Source of the DNA: Escherichia coli
GTDB taxonomy: Bacteria; Pseudomonadota; Gammaproteobacteria; Enterobacterales; Enterobacteriaceae
DNA length: 64,000 bases
Assembly (NCBI RefSeq): GCF_003334785.1
Contig: NZ_QOWV01000012.1
Reading direction: 5' to 3' (one strand)
A program made the translations under genes and the position numbers. Below, piece by piece: positions 9,763-21,303 of the stretch (positions are counted from its first letter, which is position 1; each line of letters starts with the position of its first letter). The notes beneath the pieces were generated by a model. That model was not told where the DNA came from, ran no database searches, and saw only the letters and a program-made list of their open reading frames with translations.

Positions 9763-10677
9763 TTAATGAGCATAACGCGTGTTCTCATTAATGGATCGAA
9801 TCATTGATTGTTTAGCTGAATTCAAATGGTTACGGAGCGCAAGGGTGGCATCAAGGTCACTGCGGCAAATCAGAGCGCTGAGAATGGTCATATGCTCATC
9901 GACGGCAATGATATTGCGCTGTTTAAGATCGCTTTCGTCCCATTGATAGTGAAAATGAAAGATGACTGAGATGATCTCAAGAGATTGATCAAAAAAGATA
10001 TTGTCGGCAGCTGAAAGCAGTAAGGAGTGAAAATCTCTGTCAAGTTGCGAGAACATGCGAAAGCTATTGCCGATGTTGTCACGCAGTAGCCGATGACGTT
10101 CGAGCATGGTTTTCGCCTGCAGCCAGCGGGGATCATGATCAGGCAGGTTGAGAAAGTGCTGAAGTGAATGTGTTTCGAGCATTTCGCGTAGTTCAAACAG
10201 CTGCTCGGCGTAGGATTGATCGAATTGCTTCATGCTCCACTGGCCGCGCTTTTCGCTTTGAATAAGATTATAACGGCCGAATTTTAAAAGATATTCTCTT
10301 ACTACAACCGGGCTGACACCCGCGGCCCGAGCCAGTTGCAGTTCAGAAAAAGTTTCCCCAGGGCGTAACTGGCGCTGGTTTATCATCGTGAAAAAAGCCT
10401 GCTCAAACACTTTGTTTTGTTCACTCATTGAAGCGGTAGTACAGGCGAAACCGTCATCATGGTCAGGTTTACGCGCAATCACATAGTCGTTTCCAACCTG
10501 CGTTAAGACGCCGCATTCGCGTAAGTGGCTGAGAATATGACGCACTGTAGTGCGGCTGATGTTGTACATTTCCGCCAGCGCACTTTGCGATGGAAGTGGG
10601 GAAGGGATATGACCCCGCGCCATATCATCAATGACCTGGTTAATCACATTGTGGCGTAAATTTTGTGAACGACTCAT
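9763..10677 (-). CDS. lgoR: GntR/FadR-family transcriptional regulator (YjjM/LgoR)
   Basis: 304-aa ORF with N-terminal GntR HTH (LPSQSALAEMYNISRTTVRHIL); divergent from lgoD. Confidence 0.9.
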   Translation of the reverse strand: MSRSQNLRHNVINQVIDDMARGHIPSPLPSQSALAEMYNISRTTVRHILSHLRECGVLTQVGNDYVIARKPDHDDGFACTTASMSEQNKVFEQAFFTMINQRQLRPGETFSELQLARAAGVSPVVVREYLLKFGRYNLIQSEKRGQWSMKQFDQSYAEQLFELREMLETHSLQHFLNLPDHDPRWLQAKTMLERHRLLRDNIGNSFRMFSQLDRDFHSLLLSAADNIFFDQSLEIISVIFHFHYQWDESDLKQRNIIAVDEHMTILSALICRSDLDATLALRNHLNSAKQSMIRSINENTRYAH

Positions 10678-10815
10678 ATTTTCCTCCTTGTGAGTCCATT
10701 AAAACCCGATTTAAAACATTTTTATGCGTGTGTTTTCACAAAACAGATTTTCCGTTCCGCTGCCATTTTTCATTTTCATTGATATCTAAGGCAACAAAAA
10801 ATGGAGAGCCGAATC

Positions 10816-11838
10816 ATGTCTACGATGAATGTTTTAATTTGCCAGCAGCCGAAAGAATTAGTCTGGAAACAACGCGAGATACCTATTCCGGGTGACAATG
10901 AAGCATTAATAAAAATTAAGTCTGTCGGGATTTGCGGTACCGATATTCATGCCTGGGGTGGAAATCAACCATTTTTTAGTTATCCACGTGTTTTAGGCCA
11001 TGAAATATGTGGGGAGATTGTTGGGCTGGGTAAAAATATTGCTGATCTTAAAAATGGTCAGCAAGTTGCTGTGATCCCTTATGTTGCCTGTCAGCAATGC
11101 CCGGCGTGTAAAAGCGGGCGTACCAATTGCTGTGAAAAAATTTCAGTCATTGGCGTGCATCAGGATGGCGGTTTTAGTGAGTATTTGAGCGTGCCGGTGG
11201 CGAACATTTTGCCCGCAGACGGTATTGACCCGCAGGCGGCCGCATTGATTGAACCTTTCGCTATTAGCGCTCATGCGGTGCGTCGCGCAGCCATTGCTCC
11301 CGGCGAGCAGGTGCTGGTGGTCGGGGCGGGGCCAATCGGTCTGGGCGCGGCGGCAATCGCTAAAGCTGATGGCGCACAGGTGGTGGTGGCGGATACCAGT
11401 CCAGCGCGCCGTGAACATGTGGCAACGCGTCTGGAGTTGCCCGTGCTGGACCCGTCAGCCGAAGATTTTGACGCGCAGCTGCGGGCGCAGTTTGGTGGTT
11501 CGCTGGCGCAGAAAGTGATCGACGCGACAGGTAATCAACATGCGATGAATAACACCGTGAATTTGATTCGTCACGGCGGCACGGTGGTATTTGTCGGCCT
11601 GTTTAAAGGTGAGTTGCAGTTCTCCGATCCGGAATTCCATAAAAAAGAAACGACGATGATGGGTAGCCGCAACGCCACGCCGGAAGATTTTGCTAAAGTC
11701 GGTCGACTGATGGCGGAAGGAAAAATCACTGCTGACATGATGTTAACCCATCGCTATCCGTTCGCCACGCTGGCAGAAACCTACGAGCGCGATGTGATTA
11801 ACAATCGTGAGTTGATTAAGGGTGTAATTACTTTCTGA
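10816..11838 (+). CDS. lgoD: L-galactonate 5-dehydrogenase, Zn-dependent MDR alcohol dehydrogenase (YjjN/LgoD)
   Basis: ORF 10801..11838; start placed at MSTMNVLICQQ (340 aa); GHEICGEIV zinc-ADH motif and GAGPIGLG Rossmann motif. Confidence 0.9.
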   Translation: MSTMNVLICQQPKELVWKQREIPIPGDNEALIKIKSVGICGTDIHAWGGNQPFFSYPRVLGHEICGEIVGLGKNIADLKNGQQVAVIPYVACQQCPACKSGRTNCCEKISVIGVHQDGGFSEYLSVPVANILPADGIDPQAAALIEPFAISAHAVRRAAIAPGEQVLVVGAGPIGLGAAAIAKADGAQVVVADTSPARREHVATRLELPVLDPSAEDFDAQLRAQFGGSLAQKVIDATGNQHAMNNTVNLIRHGGTVVFVGLFKGELQFSDPEFHKKETTMMGSRNATPEDFAKVGRLMAEGKITADMMLTHRYPFATLAETYERDVINNRELIKGVITF

Positions 11839-11920
11839 TAAGGCGAGATTATTAAAGTTGCCATGCAGCGTCCGGGGAAGTGTTGGGCGCTGTTTTTTTT
11901 CTGTTTCTCAATGATGTTTT

Positions 11921-11960
11921 GTAGGCCGGAGAAGATGTGTAGGTCGCACCTTATGCGACC
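11921..11960. repeat. REP-like palindromic unit / hairpin between lgoD and opgB
   Basis: Perfect 11-bp inverted repeat TGTAGGTCGCA-cctta-TGCGACCTACA preceded by GTAGGCCGGA REP-like motif. Confidence 0.6.
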
Positions 11961-11977
11961 TACACATCAGTCAGAAA

Positions 11978-14269
11978 TTACCCTTCACGTTCCACAACTT
12001 TAATTTCCACCATGCCGATCCCGAGCTTACGCGGCGAGTGTCCGAGGATATTCCCTTCGTTGGTTGAGACAGGTTCCGGCGGCACAATTACCAGTGTGTC
12101 GGCATCGGTTGGGTTATCGAAATGCAGTGTGGTGGTGGTCACTTCATTGCCCAGCACAAGAGTTTGTTCTTCATTGCCTACGCGTACCGGAATAGGACGG
12201 CTGGCGTTATTGCCGTATGCTTTGGCGGTAATCACCAGGTCAAATTTCTTCGGCAGCGGATGCTTGTACTCGATTTTTACTTCATCGCCCAGCTGCGCGT
12301 TGGACCAGCGGCCCCACGACTCTGGACGGGAAATCCCACTAAACTGTTTCACCTCTTCTGGCGCACCGGCGACGTTGAAGATGAAACTGTCGGCTTTGTA
12401 GCGAATATCGTTATCAACAATTTTCAGCGTATCGACATTGCCTTTATAACGCGCCATGTCGATGACCGTATCTTTAAATGCCGTTTTGCCCTGCCATGTT
12501 GTTTTGTCAACATGCTGAACAATTTGCTGACCGCCAAGCTGCCCTTGCGAGACACACCAGTCGGTGGAGAGTGCCAGTTCCGGAGCCCAGAGTTGTGCCA
12601 TCTTATAGCAACGGTCAACCCAGACGAAATTGTCGCGTGGAGCGAAATCGGCCAGCTGGAAACGCAGCGGTGCTGAGTATTCGCTTTCCGGCAGCGGTTC
12701 CACGCGTTTGTCTGAAACCCGCAACAGCAGCGGCAAACGGAAATGGCTACCCGAGAAGGCAATTATGTTTTTCTGCTGGTCGATGGTGAACTCTTTCATC
12801 TCTTTAGGGAATTTCCACAGGCGGATGATATCCGGCTTCCACGCCAATGTTTTCTCTTTGATATTGAGGAAGATTTCCGACATTGACTGCCCGGATAAAC
12901 TGCTACGACCAAGTCCGAGATAGTTATCGCCACCGAGAATGTCCAGCACCGTCGCGCCGTTATCCATCGTGTTACGCTTCACTGCCAGCGTCTCTTGCTG
13001 CGGCTTGTCGCCACGAATGACAAAAAACAGGTTATTGCGATCCTGCTTATTGAGGTATTTCCACGCCGTGTTGTTCATCGCTAAATGGTCAGAAGAGACG
13101 ACGATGACGGTATCTTTAAACCACGGTGACGCTTTGATTTTGTTGATAAACGCCGCGATATTCTCCTGGCTGCAACTTACCGCGCTGAATGACTGGTTCG
13201 GCTTACCGTCAAGATCATATTTTTTGCGGTTACAGGTACGCGAGATAAAACCATCCGGGTGATGGGTATCGACTGTCAGGGTAAACAGTGAGAATCGCTG
13301 ACCTGAGCGGGAAAGCTCTTCAAACTTTTTCCACGCTTCATCGAGAACGGTATCGTCGTAGAATCCCCAGTCGTTGCGATAGTGCGGGTCGGCCACCACG
13401 CTTTTCAGCTCTTCTGAGCCGTATAAGTGGTCGAAGCCATGCGACTTCAGGAACACATCTTTACCGGCAAAACGCAGATTCGCGCCCTGCACGAAATAGT
13501 TCTGATAACCCGAGTTTTTCAGGATATCGCCCAGACAGATGTTCTGCGGGAAGAAGCTGGAGACAGAGGCGGAGGCGTTGCCTTCAAAGGGGGCAAACAG
13601 CGGTATGCCGCACTGAGAAGCCACCATGCCCGCAATCGTGTAATCCGTTCCTGGCAGCTGCTGCGTGTGGCTGAAATCCAGGCCTTCATTTTTCAACGCG
13701 CCCAGTTCAGGCGTGAGATCCGGGAAAGCTTCGTTATCAAAATAGGTCCGCTCGAGACTTTCGCCGTAGATATAAACCAGGTTGAGTTTCGGGTCAGGGA
13801 TAGTTTTCGACGGCTCTTTATAATAAGCCGCAAAGTCCGGGTCGCCATCGCGTGACTGGGATTTCACCAGTTCCGTTATCTGACGAAATGCCGGGCTGGC
13901 GTCCACCGAACCCAGCGCCAGTAAGAGCGCCAGCAGGCTGTAACCAAAATGGTGCGGATGATGGCGACGACGGCGCAGGATCCAGCCCAGCGCACCGAAC
14001 ACCGCTGTCAGCCCCAGCACAATGCCGATACCCGGCAGGATGTATTTGCTGACGCCAGCACCGGTCAGGCTGTTGGTTAAGGTATAGAGAACCGCGTCGT
14101 TAATACCAGCGCCAGTAAAATAGTCGCTGGCAAACAGGGTGATATTTAAAACGACAAATAGCCCCAGCACCGTTAATGTGGCTGCAAACCACCAGGTGTT
14201 ACGTCCCGCTTTCCATGCGTAAATCAGCACAGAGGCGAGAAAAAGGGCGAAAGAGAGTAGTTCTGACAA
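11978..14269 (-). CDS. opgB: phosphoglycerol transferase I (osmoregulated periplasmic glucan biosynthesis)
   Basis: 763-aa ORF, N-terminal TM segments plus sulfatase-like domain, recognised as MdoB/OpgB; apparent TTG start. Confidence 0.93.
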   Translation of the reverse strand: MSELLSFALFLASVLIYAWKAGRNTWWFAATLTVLGLFVVLNITLFASDYFTGAGINDAVLYTLTNSLTGAGVSKYILPGIGIVLGLTAVFGALGWILRRRRHHPHHFGYSLLALLLALGSVDASPAFRQITELVKSQSRDGDPDFAAYYKEPSKTIPDPKLNLVYIYGESLERTYFDNEAFPDLTPELGALKNEGLDFSHTQQLPGTDYTIAGMVASQCGIPLFAPFEGNASASVSSFFPQNICLGDILKNSGYQNYFVQGANLRFAGKDVFLKSHGFDHLYGSEELKSVVADPHYRNDWGFYDDTVLDEAWKKFEELSRSGQRFSLFTLTVDTHHPDGFISRTCNRKKYDLDGKPNQSFSAVSCSQENIAAFINKIKASPWFKDTVIVVSSDHLAMNNTAWKYLNKQDRNNLFFVIRGDKPQQETLAVKRNTMDNGATVLDILGGDNYLGLGRSSLSGQSMSEIFLNIKEKTLAWKPDIIRLWKFPKEMKEFTIDQQKNIIAFSGSHFRLPLLLRVSDKRVEPLPESEYSAPLRFQLADFAPRDNFVWVDRCYKMAQLWAPELALSTDWCVSQGQLGGQQIVQHVDKTTWQGKTAFKDTVIDMARYKGNVDTLKIVDNDIRYKADSFIFNVAGAPEEVKQFSGISRPESWGRWSNAQLGDEVKIEYKHPLPKKFDLVITAKAYGNNASRPIPVRVGNEEQTLVLGNEVTTTTLHFDNPTDADTLVIVPPEPVSTNEGNILGHSPRKLGIGMVEIKVVEREG

Positions 14270-14522
14270 CGGGCGATCCTCACTAAACCGGGCCGTTTAG
14301 CCAACGTTTAAGCTTTTTGAGAAGCACAATGTAATGGCGTCGCCATATTGCTGCAATTCTAGTGTCAAAAAAATGCGATGTTGTTAGGAATTAGTTTATA
14401 AACAGACTTTTTTGATCGCGGTCGCTTCCCGTGTAACAGGGGGAAAACCGTCCAGGAGCAGGGAAAAGGGCAGGAGAGAGCCGCGTCAGCCGGGTAACAG
14501 CTAAAACGCGGCGTTTCGCGGT

Positions 14523-15020
14523 TCAGGAAATGAAGTTCAGCCCCTGCTTTAACACCAGATCGCAGGCTTTGGTTTTCACCTTTTCTGCCAGCGGAGTCGT
14601 TCCGATGTTATCCAGATTGAGTTGCTGACCATCTTTGGTTTTCAGCAAACCCTGAATGCCATCCAGATAGTTGGTGTCTTCTTTTTGTTCTTCACTGTTC
14701 AGGCCCAGCTTTTCCAGCACCTGGTTCTTGATGTTTTCGGCATCGGTTACCGACGCCAGCTTTTGCTTCGCGCAGTATTGCAGAATGCCTGCGGCGTTGT
14801 TCATGTTATCTGCGCTTAAGGCCTGGTTCCCGCTGCTAAGCAAGTTAGTTAATGACGCGAGCGACCAACCGCCTTCCTGTGTCGTGCTGTTTTGGTTGCC
14901 AAGTTCGCTGGCGGCGCTGGAGAGCGCATCTTTCCAGGACGCAGCATGCACCCCAGTGGAAATTAATGCGCTGGCGGCAATGGCACAGCACAGAAGATGT
15001 TTAACAGTTTTCATCATCAT
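14523..15020 (-). CDS. yjjA: DUF2501 secreted protein YjjA
   Basis: 165-aa ORF with signal peptide (MMMKTVKHLLCCAIAASALISTGVHA); recognised as YjjA; exact start (MMM vs MMK) uncertain. Confidence 0.85.
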   Translation of the reverse strand: MMMKTVKHLLCCAIAASALISTGVHAASWKDALSSAASELGNQNSTTQEGGWSLASLTNLLSSGNQALSADNMNNAAGILQYCAKQKLASVTDAENIKNQVLEKLGLNSEEQKEDTNYLDGIQGLLKTKDGQQLNLDNIGTTPLAEKVKTKACDLVLKQGLNFIS

Positions 15021-15065
15021 TACTCAAGGTGGAATTGTGTCGCAGTATACCGCCAGAAACGGGGA

Positions 15066-15803
15066 TTAATACTCTTTACCTGTTACCCGGCTACGGTAGC
15101 TATCCCAGTTGAAGATCACCCACAAACTGTTACCCAGGCGCATACGGTCCATCACGCGTTCGCCCAGCAACTTGGTCATCTCTTCCATATTACTGTTGGT
15201 CAGCATCCCGGTTGGGCGTTTGGAAGAAGAGCGGCGATCGACGATCTGGTTGATGATCACTTTTTCGTATTTCGATTCGGTCTGCACGCCGATCTCATCG
15301 ATCACCAGCAGATCAACGTTGCTCAGATCGTTAAGCAGTTGTTCTTCGCTGGTACCGCTATTCCTGAAGGTATCTTTCATCGCCGACATAATATCGGCCA
15401 CGGTGATGATCAATACGGATTTACCGCGTAGCAGCAGCTCGTTGCAGATTGCCGCCGCCAGATGGTTTTTGCCGGTTCCTGGCTTACCAGAAAAGATGAA
15501 GCTGGCGATGTTGCCGTCAAACTCTTCGACATACTGGCGCGCTTTGCTTAACGCATTCATCTGCCCTTCACACTCAACGCGATAGTTCTCAAAGGAGCAG
15601 TTCTGATGCAGTGGACGAATACCGGAGCGGTTAAAGGTGCGCTGCATTTTCATCGCCCGATTTTCACGTTCGAGAGCGGCGGAGCGGATCGCCCCTTGTT
15701 CTTTCTGCCAGGCCAGTAGCTCTTCACCCGTTTTGAATGCAGGTTTGATATGGGCAGGCATCATTTTTTGCAGGCGTTGCATCAGGTCGCCAACGTTTTT
15801 CAT
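15066..15803 (-). CDS. dnaC: DNA replication helicase loader DnaC (AAA+)
   Basis: 245-aa ORF with Walker A GKPGTGKNHLAAA and Walker B LLVIDEIG; recognised DnaC. Confidence 0.97.
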   Translation of the reverse strand: MKNVGDLMQRLQKMMPAHIKPAFKTGEELLAWQKEQGAIRSAALERENRAMKMQRTFNRSGIRPLHQNCSFENYRVECEGQMNALSKARQYVEEFDGNIASFIFSGKPGTGKNHLAAAICNELLLRGKSVLIITVADIMSAMKDTFRNSGTSEEQLLNDLSNVDLLVIDEIGVQTESKYEKVIINQIVDRRSSSKRPTGMLTNSNMEEMTKLLGERVMDRMRLGNSLWVIFNWDSYRSRVTGKEY

Positions 15804-15805
15804 CG

Positions 15806-16345
15806 TTACCCTCTGAATCCTGGTGGAATTTGGCTGTCAGGTTCGCTGACCGTATTCACATCTCGTTTCGGCAGTCCGCCGTTGCTGGCACGACCGATTT
15901 GCAGGCTGCGCGCCAGTTTTTGTTGCCACTGCACATGGTGAAAGACTTTACCTTCCGCCTGCCAGTAGGCAATGAATGAGGCCAGTTCTTCGGTGGTCAC
16001 CGGCTCTCTTAGCGCCACGCCCCATAGCGCCGCCAGGCGGATAAAGTCGGCATCGGGTTGCCAGTCCGGATACATGGCGAATTTCCCCATGGGGACAGCA
16101 ACGGGAGCGGCTTGCGGTTCCTGATAGAGTTGATCGTCCAGAGCGACATCGCTTCCCGGACGCGCCAGCTTTTCTTCCAGCGCCAGCAGTTCAGCCAGGC
16201 GTGCAGGCGTGACGGCATAAAACGCCGGGGCATTGTTAGCAAATACGGCAACCACACCGCCTTCAGCTTTTGCCAGAACGGTTTGGTGATCGTGTACCAG
16301 GGCGTCAATACCAACGACGTCCGGGGTCAAAACTCTGGAAGACAT
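15806..16345 (-). CDS. dnaT: primosomal protein DnaT
   Basis: ORF 15806..16357; start placed at [17 protein letters not shown] (179 aa); 2-nt gap to dnaC. Confidence 0.93.
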
Positions 16346-16451
16346 ACTGTTTCTCAAATATGGAACGATGAACGAGAAGGGAGATAACTTTTATAGTAAC
16401 ACACGGAGGAGAGGAGGCTGTCTCTCATCCGTGTGCTTAAGCGAGGCAATT

Positions 16452-16925
16452 TTATACGCGAGGGCGCTTGCGGTACAACCATAATCCAGGAATGGAAAGA
16501 CCGATGGATAACGCACCAACAATCGATGAAGCTGTAAGAAAGTTGGTTAACAGGGTAATCATCAACGGTTCGCTGTAACCTAACTGGCTGATTTTTACCG
16601 CCGAAATCATTGCGGTATAAGCCGATATGCCCGGGAACATAGGGATAACGGCCGCCACGGTAAACACTTTCGGATGCGCCAGATACCAGCGCGACCATTG
16701 AATACCAATGGTGCCGACCAGCATAGAAGCCATAAAAGTTGACCACTCAATATTCAGCCCGCTGGTCATTAAGATCATTCGTGAACCATGGCCAATCGCG
16801 CCAAGCAGCGCACACCAGCGTAACGCCCGCACGGGAACGTTGAACACCATCGCAAAGCCGACCGCTGGAATGGCGGCGAGGATCATATCCTGCGCCAATG
16901 CAAACAGAAACTCGATCACACCCAT
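16452..16925 (-). CDS. yjjB: threonine/serine exporter-family inner membrane protein YjjB (ThrE C-terminal-like)
   Basis: ORF 16452..16940; start at [12 protein letters not shown] (157 aa); hydrophobic multi-TM; overlaps yjjP by 10 nt. Confidence 0.88.
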   Translation of the reverse strand: MGVIEFLFALAQDMILAAIPAVGFAMVFNVPVRALRWCALLGAIGHGSRMILMTSGLNIEWSTFMASMLVGTIGIQWSRWYLAHPKVFTVAAVIPMFPGISAYTAMISAVKISQLGYSEPLMITLLTNFLTASSIVGALSIGLSIPGLWLYRKRPRV

Positions 16926-17686
16926 CCGCGTAGCCCCCAAATCGTCAGTGCCATCACTACGCCGACGCAGGTAGCCAGCGTCAGCAGACTGGCGATCGCC
17001 CAGCGTGCCAGTCCGGTATTGATGTGGCCTTTAAACATATCGGCGACGGCATTAATCAACGGAAAGCCCGGCACCAGCAGCAGAACGCTGGCGGCCATCG
17101 CAATGGTGGGTGTATCGCTGAAAGTGGGGAGTTGCAAAAGCAATCCGGAAATGGTGGTGGCGGCGAAAGCGGTAAGGCAAAAGTTGATCTGTGGATGAAG
17201 ATGACGTTGTGCCAGCAGCTGGCGGATATACATCGCGGTCGTACTGGCAAAGAAGGTGATGACGGCACCATCCCAGCCACCGTTATTGAGTTTACAGAAA
17301 CAGGCGCAAGAAAGGCCAACCATTAAGGCTACCAGCCATCTTGGGTAACGTAATGGCTGAATTTGGCTAAATCGTTTCTCTACGCCTTTGTAATCCAGCA
17401 GATGATGCTCCGCAAGAATCACAATGTGCTGGACTTCAGTCACCACATGCATATTAATGCCGCGATCGTGATTTTTTCGTGTCGATGTCAGGCATTGCCC
17501 ATCTTTAATAGTTGTCAGCACTATGGCGTTCGAAGAGATAGAACTTTCGACGCTGTCCATTCCCAACGCCCGACCCAGTCGTGAGGAAAGCTCATCAACC
17601 AACGCGCTTTCCGCACCATGTTGCAAAAGAAATAATCCACACTGGATACAAAGCCGCGTTACGGCTCGCTGTTGCTCAGTTTGCAT
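16916..17686 (-). CDS. yjjP: threonine/serine exporter-family inner membrane protein YjjP (ThrE N-terminal-like)
   Basis: ORF 16916..17749; start at [15 protein letters not shown] (256 aa); paired with yjjB as a split ThrE-type transporter. Confidence 0.88.
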   Translation of the reverse strand: MQTEQQRAVTRLCIQCGLFLLQHGAESALVDELSSRLGRALGMDSVESSISSNAIVLTTIKDGQCLTSTRKNHDRGINMHVVTEVQHIVILAEHHLLDYKGVEKRFSQIQPLRYPRWLVALMVGLSCACFCKLNNGGWDGAVITFFASTTAMYIRQLLAQRHLHPQINFCLTAFAATTISGLLLQLPTFSDTPTIAMAASVLLLVPGFPLINAVADMFKGHINTGLARWAIASLLTLATCVGVVMALTIWGLRGWV

Positions 17687-18306
17687 AACTCGCCCTTTGT
17701 CATAGACGTGCTGCGTATTGTTCAGATAATGAGAATCCATTTGTATCATGAAGCACGGTTGTTTTGCGGTAGGTTAAGATCAAAATTGCGCTGATTAATC
17801 CTGGTTATCGGGACAAGCTCGGTGATAAAAAGCGAATTATCTCTCGCCGCAAACAAACTATCACATGAATATTATCACTATAATGAATTTATTGTTTTAG
17901 CCTTTACGGGTCAGGATAATAGATAGCTGGGCGCGTTTTTTAGTGTTAACAAGTTAAAATCATCAGATTTTATTGAATAAATATTGATTGTGTGATTCCC
18001 GCATTCTGCGGGAAGGGATATCATTTAATTATAAATTAAATGAATGTGATTTCTGTTTTTCATTAAGTATTCCTAACAACTTAATGTAGATATTTTAAAT
18101 GTCTCCAGGCTATTTCACCAGGTTATCATTTGATGCTAACCTTCTGACACATGCAGTGGAGTTGTTGTGCAGCAGGAGTATGCTGATATGAAAGTGAATG
18201 CTAAGGATAATTTATTCGCTTAATCTATTAATTTGCTGGAAACATTTAAGGAATGAATATCCTGAATAAACCATCATAATTTTTAGACAGTGGATGTGGA
18301 GGAAAT

Positions 18307-19032
18307 ATGTTGCCAGGATGCTGCAAAAATGGAATTGTTATCAGTAAAATACCTGTTATGCAAGCAGGGTTAAAAGAGGTCATGAGGACTCACTTCCCTG
18401 AATATGAAATAATATCCAGCGCCTCTGCGGAGGACCTTACCTTATTACAATTACGTCGTTCCGGATTAGTCATTGCTGATTTAGCCGGTGAAAGTGAAGA
18501 TCCACGTTCTGTTTGTGAACATTATTATTCTTTAATCTCACAATATCGGGAAATTCACTGGGTTTTCATGGTGTCACGCTCCTGGTATTCCCAGGCAGTA
18601 GAACTGCTCATGTGCCCTACGGCGACGTTATTGTCTGATGTTGAACCCATTGAGAATCTGGTCAAGACCGTACGTTCCGGCAATACGCACGCAGAGCGTA
18701 TCAGCGCCATGCTGACCTCTCCGGCAATGACTGAAACTCATGATTTTAGCTATCGCTCCGTCATTCTCACTCTTTCAGAGCGCAAGGTACTGCGGCTATT
18801 AGGTAAAGGATGGGGCATCAACCAGATAGCTTCATTGCTTAAGAAAAGTAATAAAACTATCAGCGCCCAAAAAAACAGTGCGATGCGTCGACTGGCAATT
18901 CACAGCAACGCTGAAATGTATGCATGGATAAATAGCGCGCAGGGTGCAAGAGAACTTAACTTGCCTTCTGTTTATGGAGATGCCGCAGAATGGAACACAG
19001 CCGAATTAAGAAGAGAAATGTCGCACTCATAG
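18307..19032 (+). CDS. yjjQ: LuxR/FixJ-family transcriptional regulator YjjQ
   Basis: 241-aa ORF with C-terminal LuxR HTH ([21 protein letters not shown]); long AT-rich upstream region. Confidence 0.92.
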
Positions 19033-19667
19033 AAAAATGCGTCATGAGTAGTATCGGTATTGAGAGTTTATTCAGAAAGTTTGCGGGCAACCCTTATAAG
19101 CTCCATACCTATACCAGTCAGGAGTCATTTCAGGATGCCATGTCGCGGATCTCGTTTGCGGCGGTCATTTTTTCTTTTTCTGCCATGAGAAGTGAGCGCA
19201 GAGAGGGATTATCTTGCCTGACTGAACTGGCGATTAAGTTTCCGCGTACCCGGCGTTTAGTTATTGCGGATGATGATATTGAAGCTCGGCTGATTGGTTC
19301 ATTGTCGCCATCACCGCTGGACGGTGTATTAAGTAAAGCGTCAACGCTGGAGATTTTTCATCAGGAACTCTTTTTGTCATTAAATGGTGTACGTCAGGCG
19401 ACCGACCGACTGAACAATCAGTGGTACATTAACCAAAGCCGGACGCTAAGCCCGACGGAGAGAGAAATATTGCGCTTTATGTCGCGTGGCTACTCAATGA
19501 CACAAATTGCCGAGCAGCTTAAACGCAATATCAAAACGATCCGCGCGCATAAATTTAATGTGATGTCGAAACTGGGCGTCAGTTCTGATGCAGGATTGTT
19601 GGAGGCCGCAGATATTCTGTTATGTATGCGGCATTGCGAAGCAAGTAATGTGTTGCATCCCTATTAA
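18990..19667 (+). CDS. bglJ: LuxR-family transcriptional activator BglJ
   Basis: 225-aa ORF, C-terminal LuxR HTH ([21 protein letters not shown]); overlaps yjjQ 3-prime end by 43 nt in a different frame. Confidence 0.92.
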
Positions 19668-19704
19668 TCCGCATGATGCCGGGTTTACTTCCCCGGCAGT
19701 GCTT

Positions 19705-20493
19705 TCATTTCAGCGTACAATCGCCACATTGCTGCACATCCGGTAAGCGATAACGCTGGCAGCAAGTGCGGCGCACCAGCAGGCCGTCGCGCAGTACCAC
19801 GGTACGCCAGAGTGGATTATCTTCACCGTTCGTGAGCGTTTTCTCAAAAAAGATGGCATGGCGCAGCGATTCAACCGTCGCCTCGCCGAGCAGTTGCTTC
19901 ATCTCAGTGAGATACCAGTTGATCAAATAACCGGTATTACTCCAGATAAGTTTGCCGTTGATCTCTCCGGTCGCTTCTAGTGCCTGCACAACCGGAACCA
20001 GCGCCTGGCTGATTAACGTTTCCATTCGCTGCTGCGGCGAATGTGGTGTTGCGTTTTTATCGTCACACACATCGACCCAGAAACAGGCGGCACGGCCGGT
20101 TTCGTGAAACTCAGCATGGAAATGTTCCGGCGACACATCTAATGCTTTTTCCTGCGTCAGTAGCGCCAGCATTAATGGTGGCACCATCAGGCCGATATAC
20201 CATTGTGCCCATAGTGAGATCAGCGGTTTGTTCTCGCGGATCATCGTTGGTTGGTTGCGATAGATATGATCGGAATAGACCGCGAGTAGAGAACTTAGCG
20301 CATTCGGTGATGACCATTGCGCCAGCGTCATGGCGTTAAGCGGAGCGGGTTCATCCAGGCGGATAAACTCCAGCAAATGTTCACGATGTTCGGCGATCGT
20401 CGCACGTACGGCTTGTGCAAGCCCAGCATCCTGTGGCTGGAGATGCGTTCGCCAGATGATATCTTCATAGAGCGGTGCGGAACGATAGGCCAT
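19705..20493 (-). CDS. fhuF: ferric-siderophore reductase FhuF (C-terminal 2Fe-2S Cys cluster)
   Basis: 262-aa ORF ending ...RRTCCQRYRLPDVQQCGDCTLK (C-C-x10-C-x2-C motif); recognised FhuF. Confidence 0.95.
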   Translation of the reverse strand: MAYRSAPLYEDIIWRTHLQPQDAGLAQAVRATIAEHREHLLEFIRLDEPAPLNAMTLAQWSSPNALSSLLAVYSDHIYRNQPTMIRENKPLISLWAQWYIGLMVPPLMLALLTQEKALDVSPEHFHAEFHETGRAACFWVDVCDDKNATPHSPQQRMETLISQALVPVVQALEATGEINGKLIWSNTGYLINWYLTEMKQLLGEATVESLRHAIFFEKTLTNGEDNPLWRTVVLRDGLLVRRTCCQRYRLPDVQQCGDCTLK

Positions 20494-20504
20494 AATCGTG
20501 ATAG

Positions 20505-20620
20505 TAATCTAAATGATAATGATTGCTAATCCTAGCGATAGGTTTACCCGATAGCAAGGGATTTCTCTGGCTTGCAAATGATAAAAATTATCATATGATA
20601 TTGGTTATCATTATCAATGA
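20505..20620. promoter_or_regulatory. Fur-box-like sequences in divergent fhuF / yjjZ promoter region
   Basis: GATAATGATTGCTAATC (about 20514-20530) and TTATCATTATCAATG (about 20605-20620) resemble Fur consensus GATAATGATAATCATTATC; fhuF and yjjZ are iron-regulated in K-12. Confidence 0.6.
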
Positions 20621-20633
20621 AAGAGATGAAACC

Positions 20634-20870
20634 ATGTTGCAACGTACGCTGGGCAGTGGCTGGGGAGTGTTGCTGCCGGGATTGCTGATTGCAGGGCTGA
20701 TGTATGCGGATTTATCGCCGGATCAGTGGCGGATTGTCATTCTGATGGGATTAGTATTGACGCCGGTGATGCTGTATCACAAACAGTTACGGCATTACGT
20801 TTTGCTACCATCGTGCCTGGCGCTTATTGCTGCCATCATGCTGATGATAATGAATTTGAATCAGGGATGA
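20634..20870 (+). CDS. yjjZ: small inner-membrane protein YjjZ (DUF1435)
   Basis: ORF 20523..20870; start at ATG giving MLQRTLGSGWGVLLPGLLIAGL... (78 aa), hydrophobic. Confidence 0.85.
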   Translation: MLQRTLGSGWGVLLPGLLIAGLMYADLSPDQWRIVILMGLVLTPVMLYHKQLRHYVLLPSCLALIAAIMLMIMNLNQG

Positions 20871-20908
20871 AAAATCAAGGAAGAAACAAGAAAGGAAGTA
20901 AAGATAAT

Positions 20909-20995
20909 TGGTGCGAGGGGGGGGACTTGAACCCCCACGTCCGTAAGGACACTAACACCTGAAGCTAGCGCGTCTACCAATTCCGCCACCTTCGC
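20909..20995 (-). tRNA. leuQ: tRNA-Leu (anticodon CAG)
   Basis: Reverse complement reads GCGAAGGTGGCGGAATTGGTAGACGCGCTAGCTTCAGGTGTTAGTGTCCTTACGGACGTGGGGGTTCAAGTCCCCCCCCTCGCACCA, the E. coli tRNA-Leu(CAG) with encoded CCA; single copy here. Confidence 0.95.
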
Positions 20996-21136
20996 ATACC
21001 ATCAATTCTTAAAAAGAATTGCTACCACGGAGGCGCATTCTAGTGGTTTTCAGCTTTTCGTCAATAGTTAATTATCGCCGGAGGTGTAATTGCTGAAAAA
21101 ATGTCCATCAGGAAACTAACGTGCAGGTTTGGTAGT

Positions 21137-21290
<154 letters not shown>

Positions 21291-21303
21291 TTCGGCGAGA
21301 TAA

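Noticed and set aside
10665-10895. 76-aa ORF in the lgoR-lgoD divergent region
   Set aside because: Overlaps the lgoR start and runs through the lgoD RBS/start in another frame; Cys/Phe-rich AT-driven translation; most likely promoter DNA.
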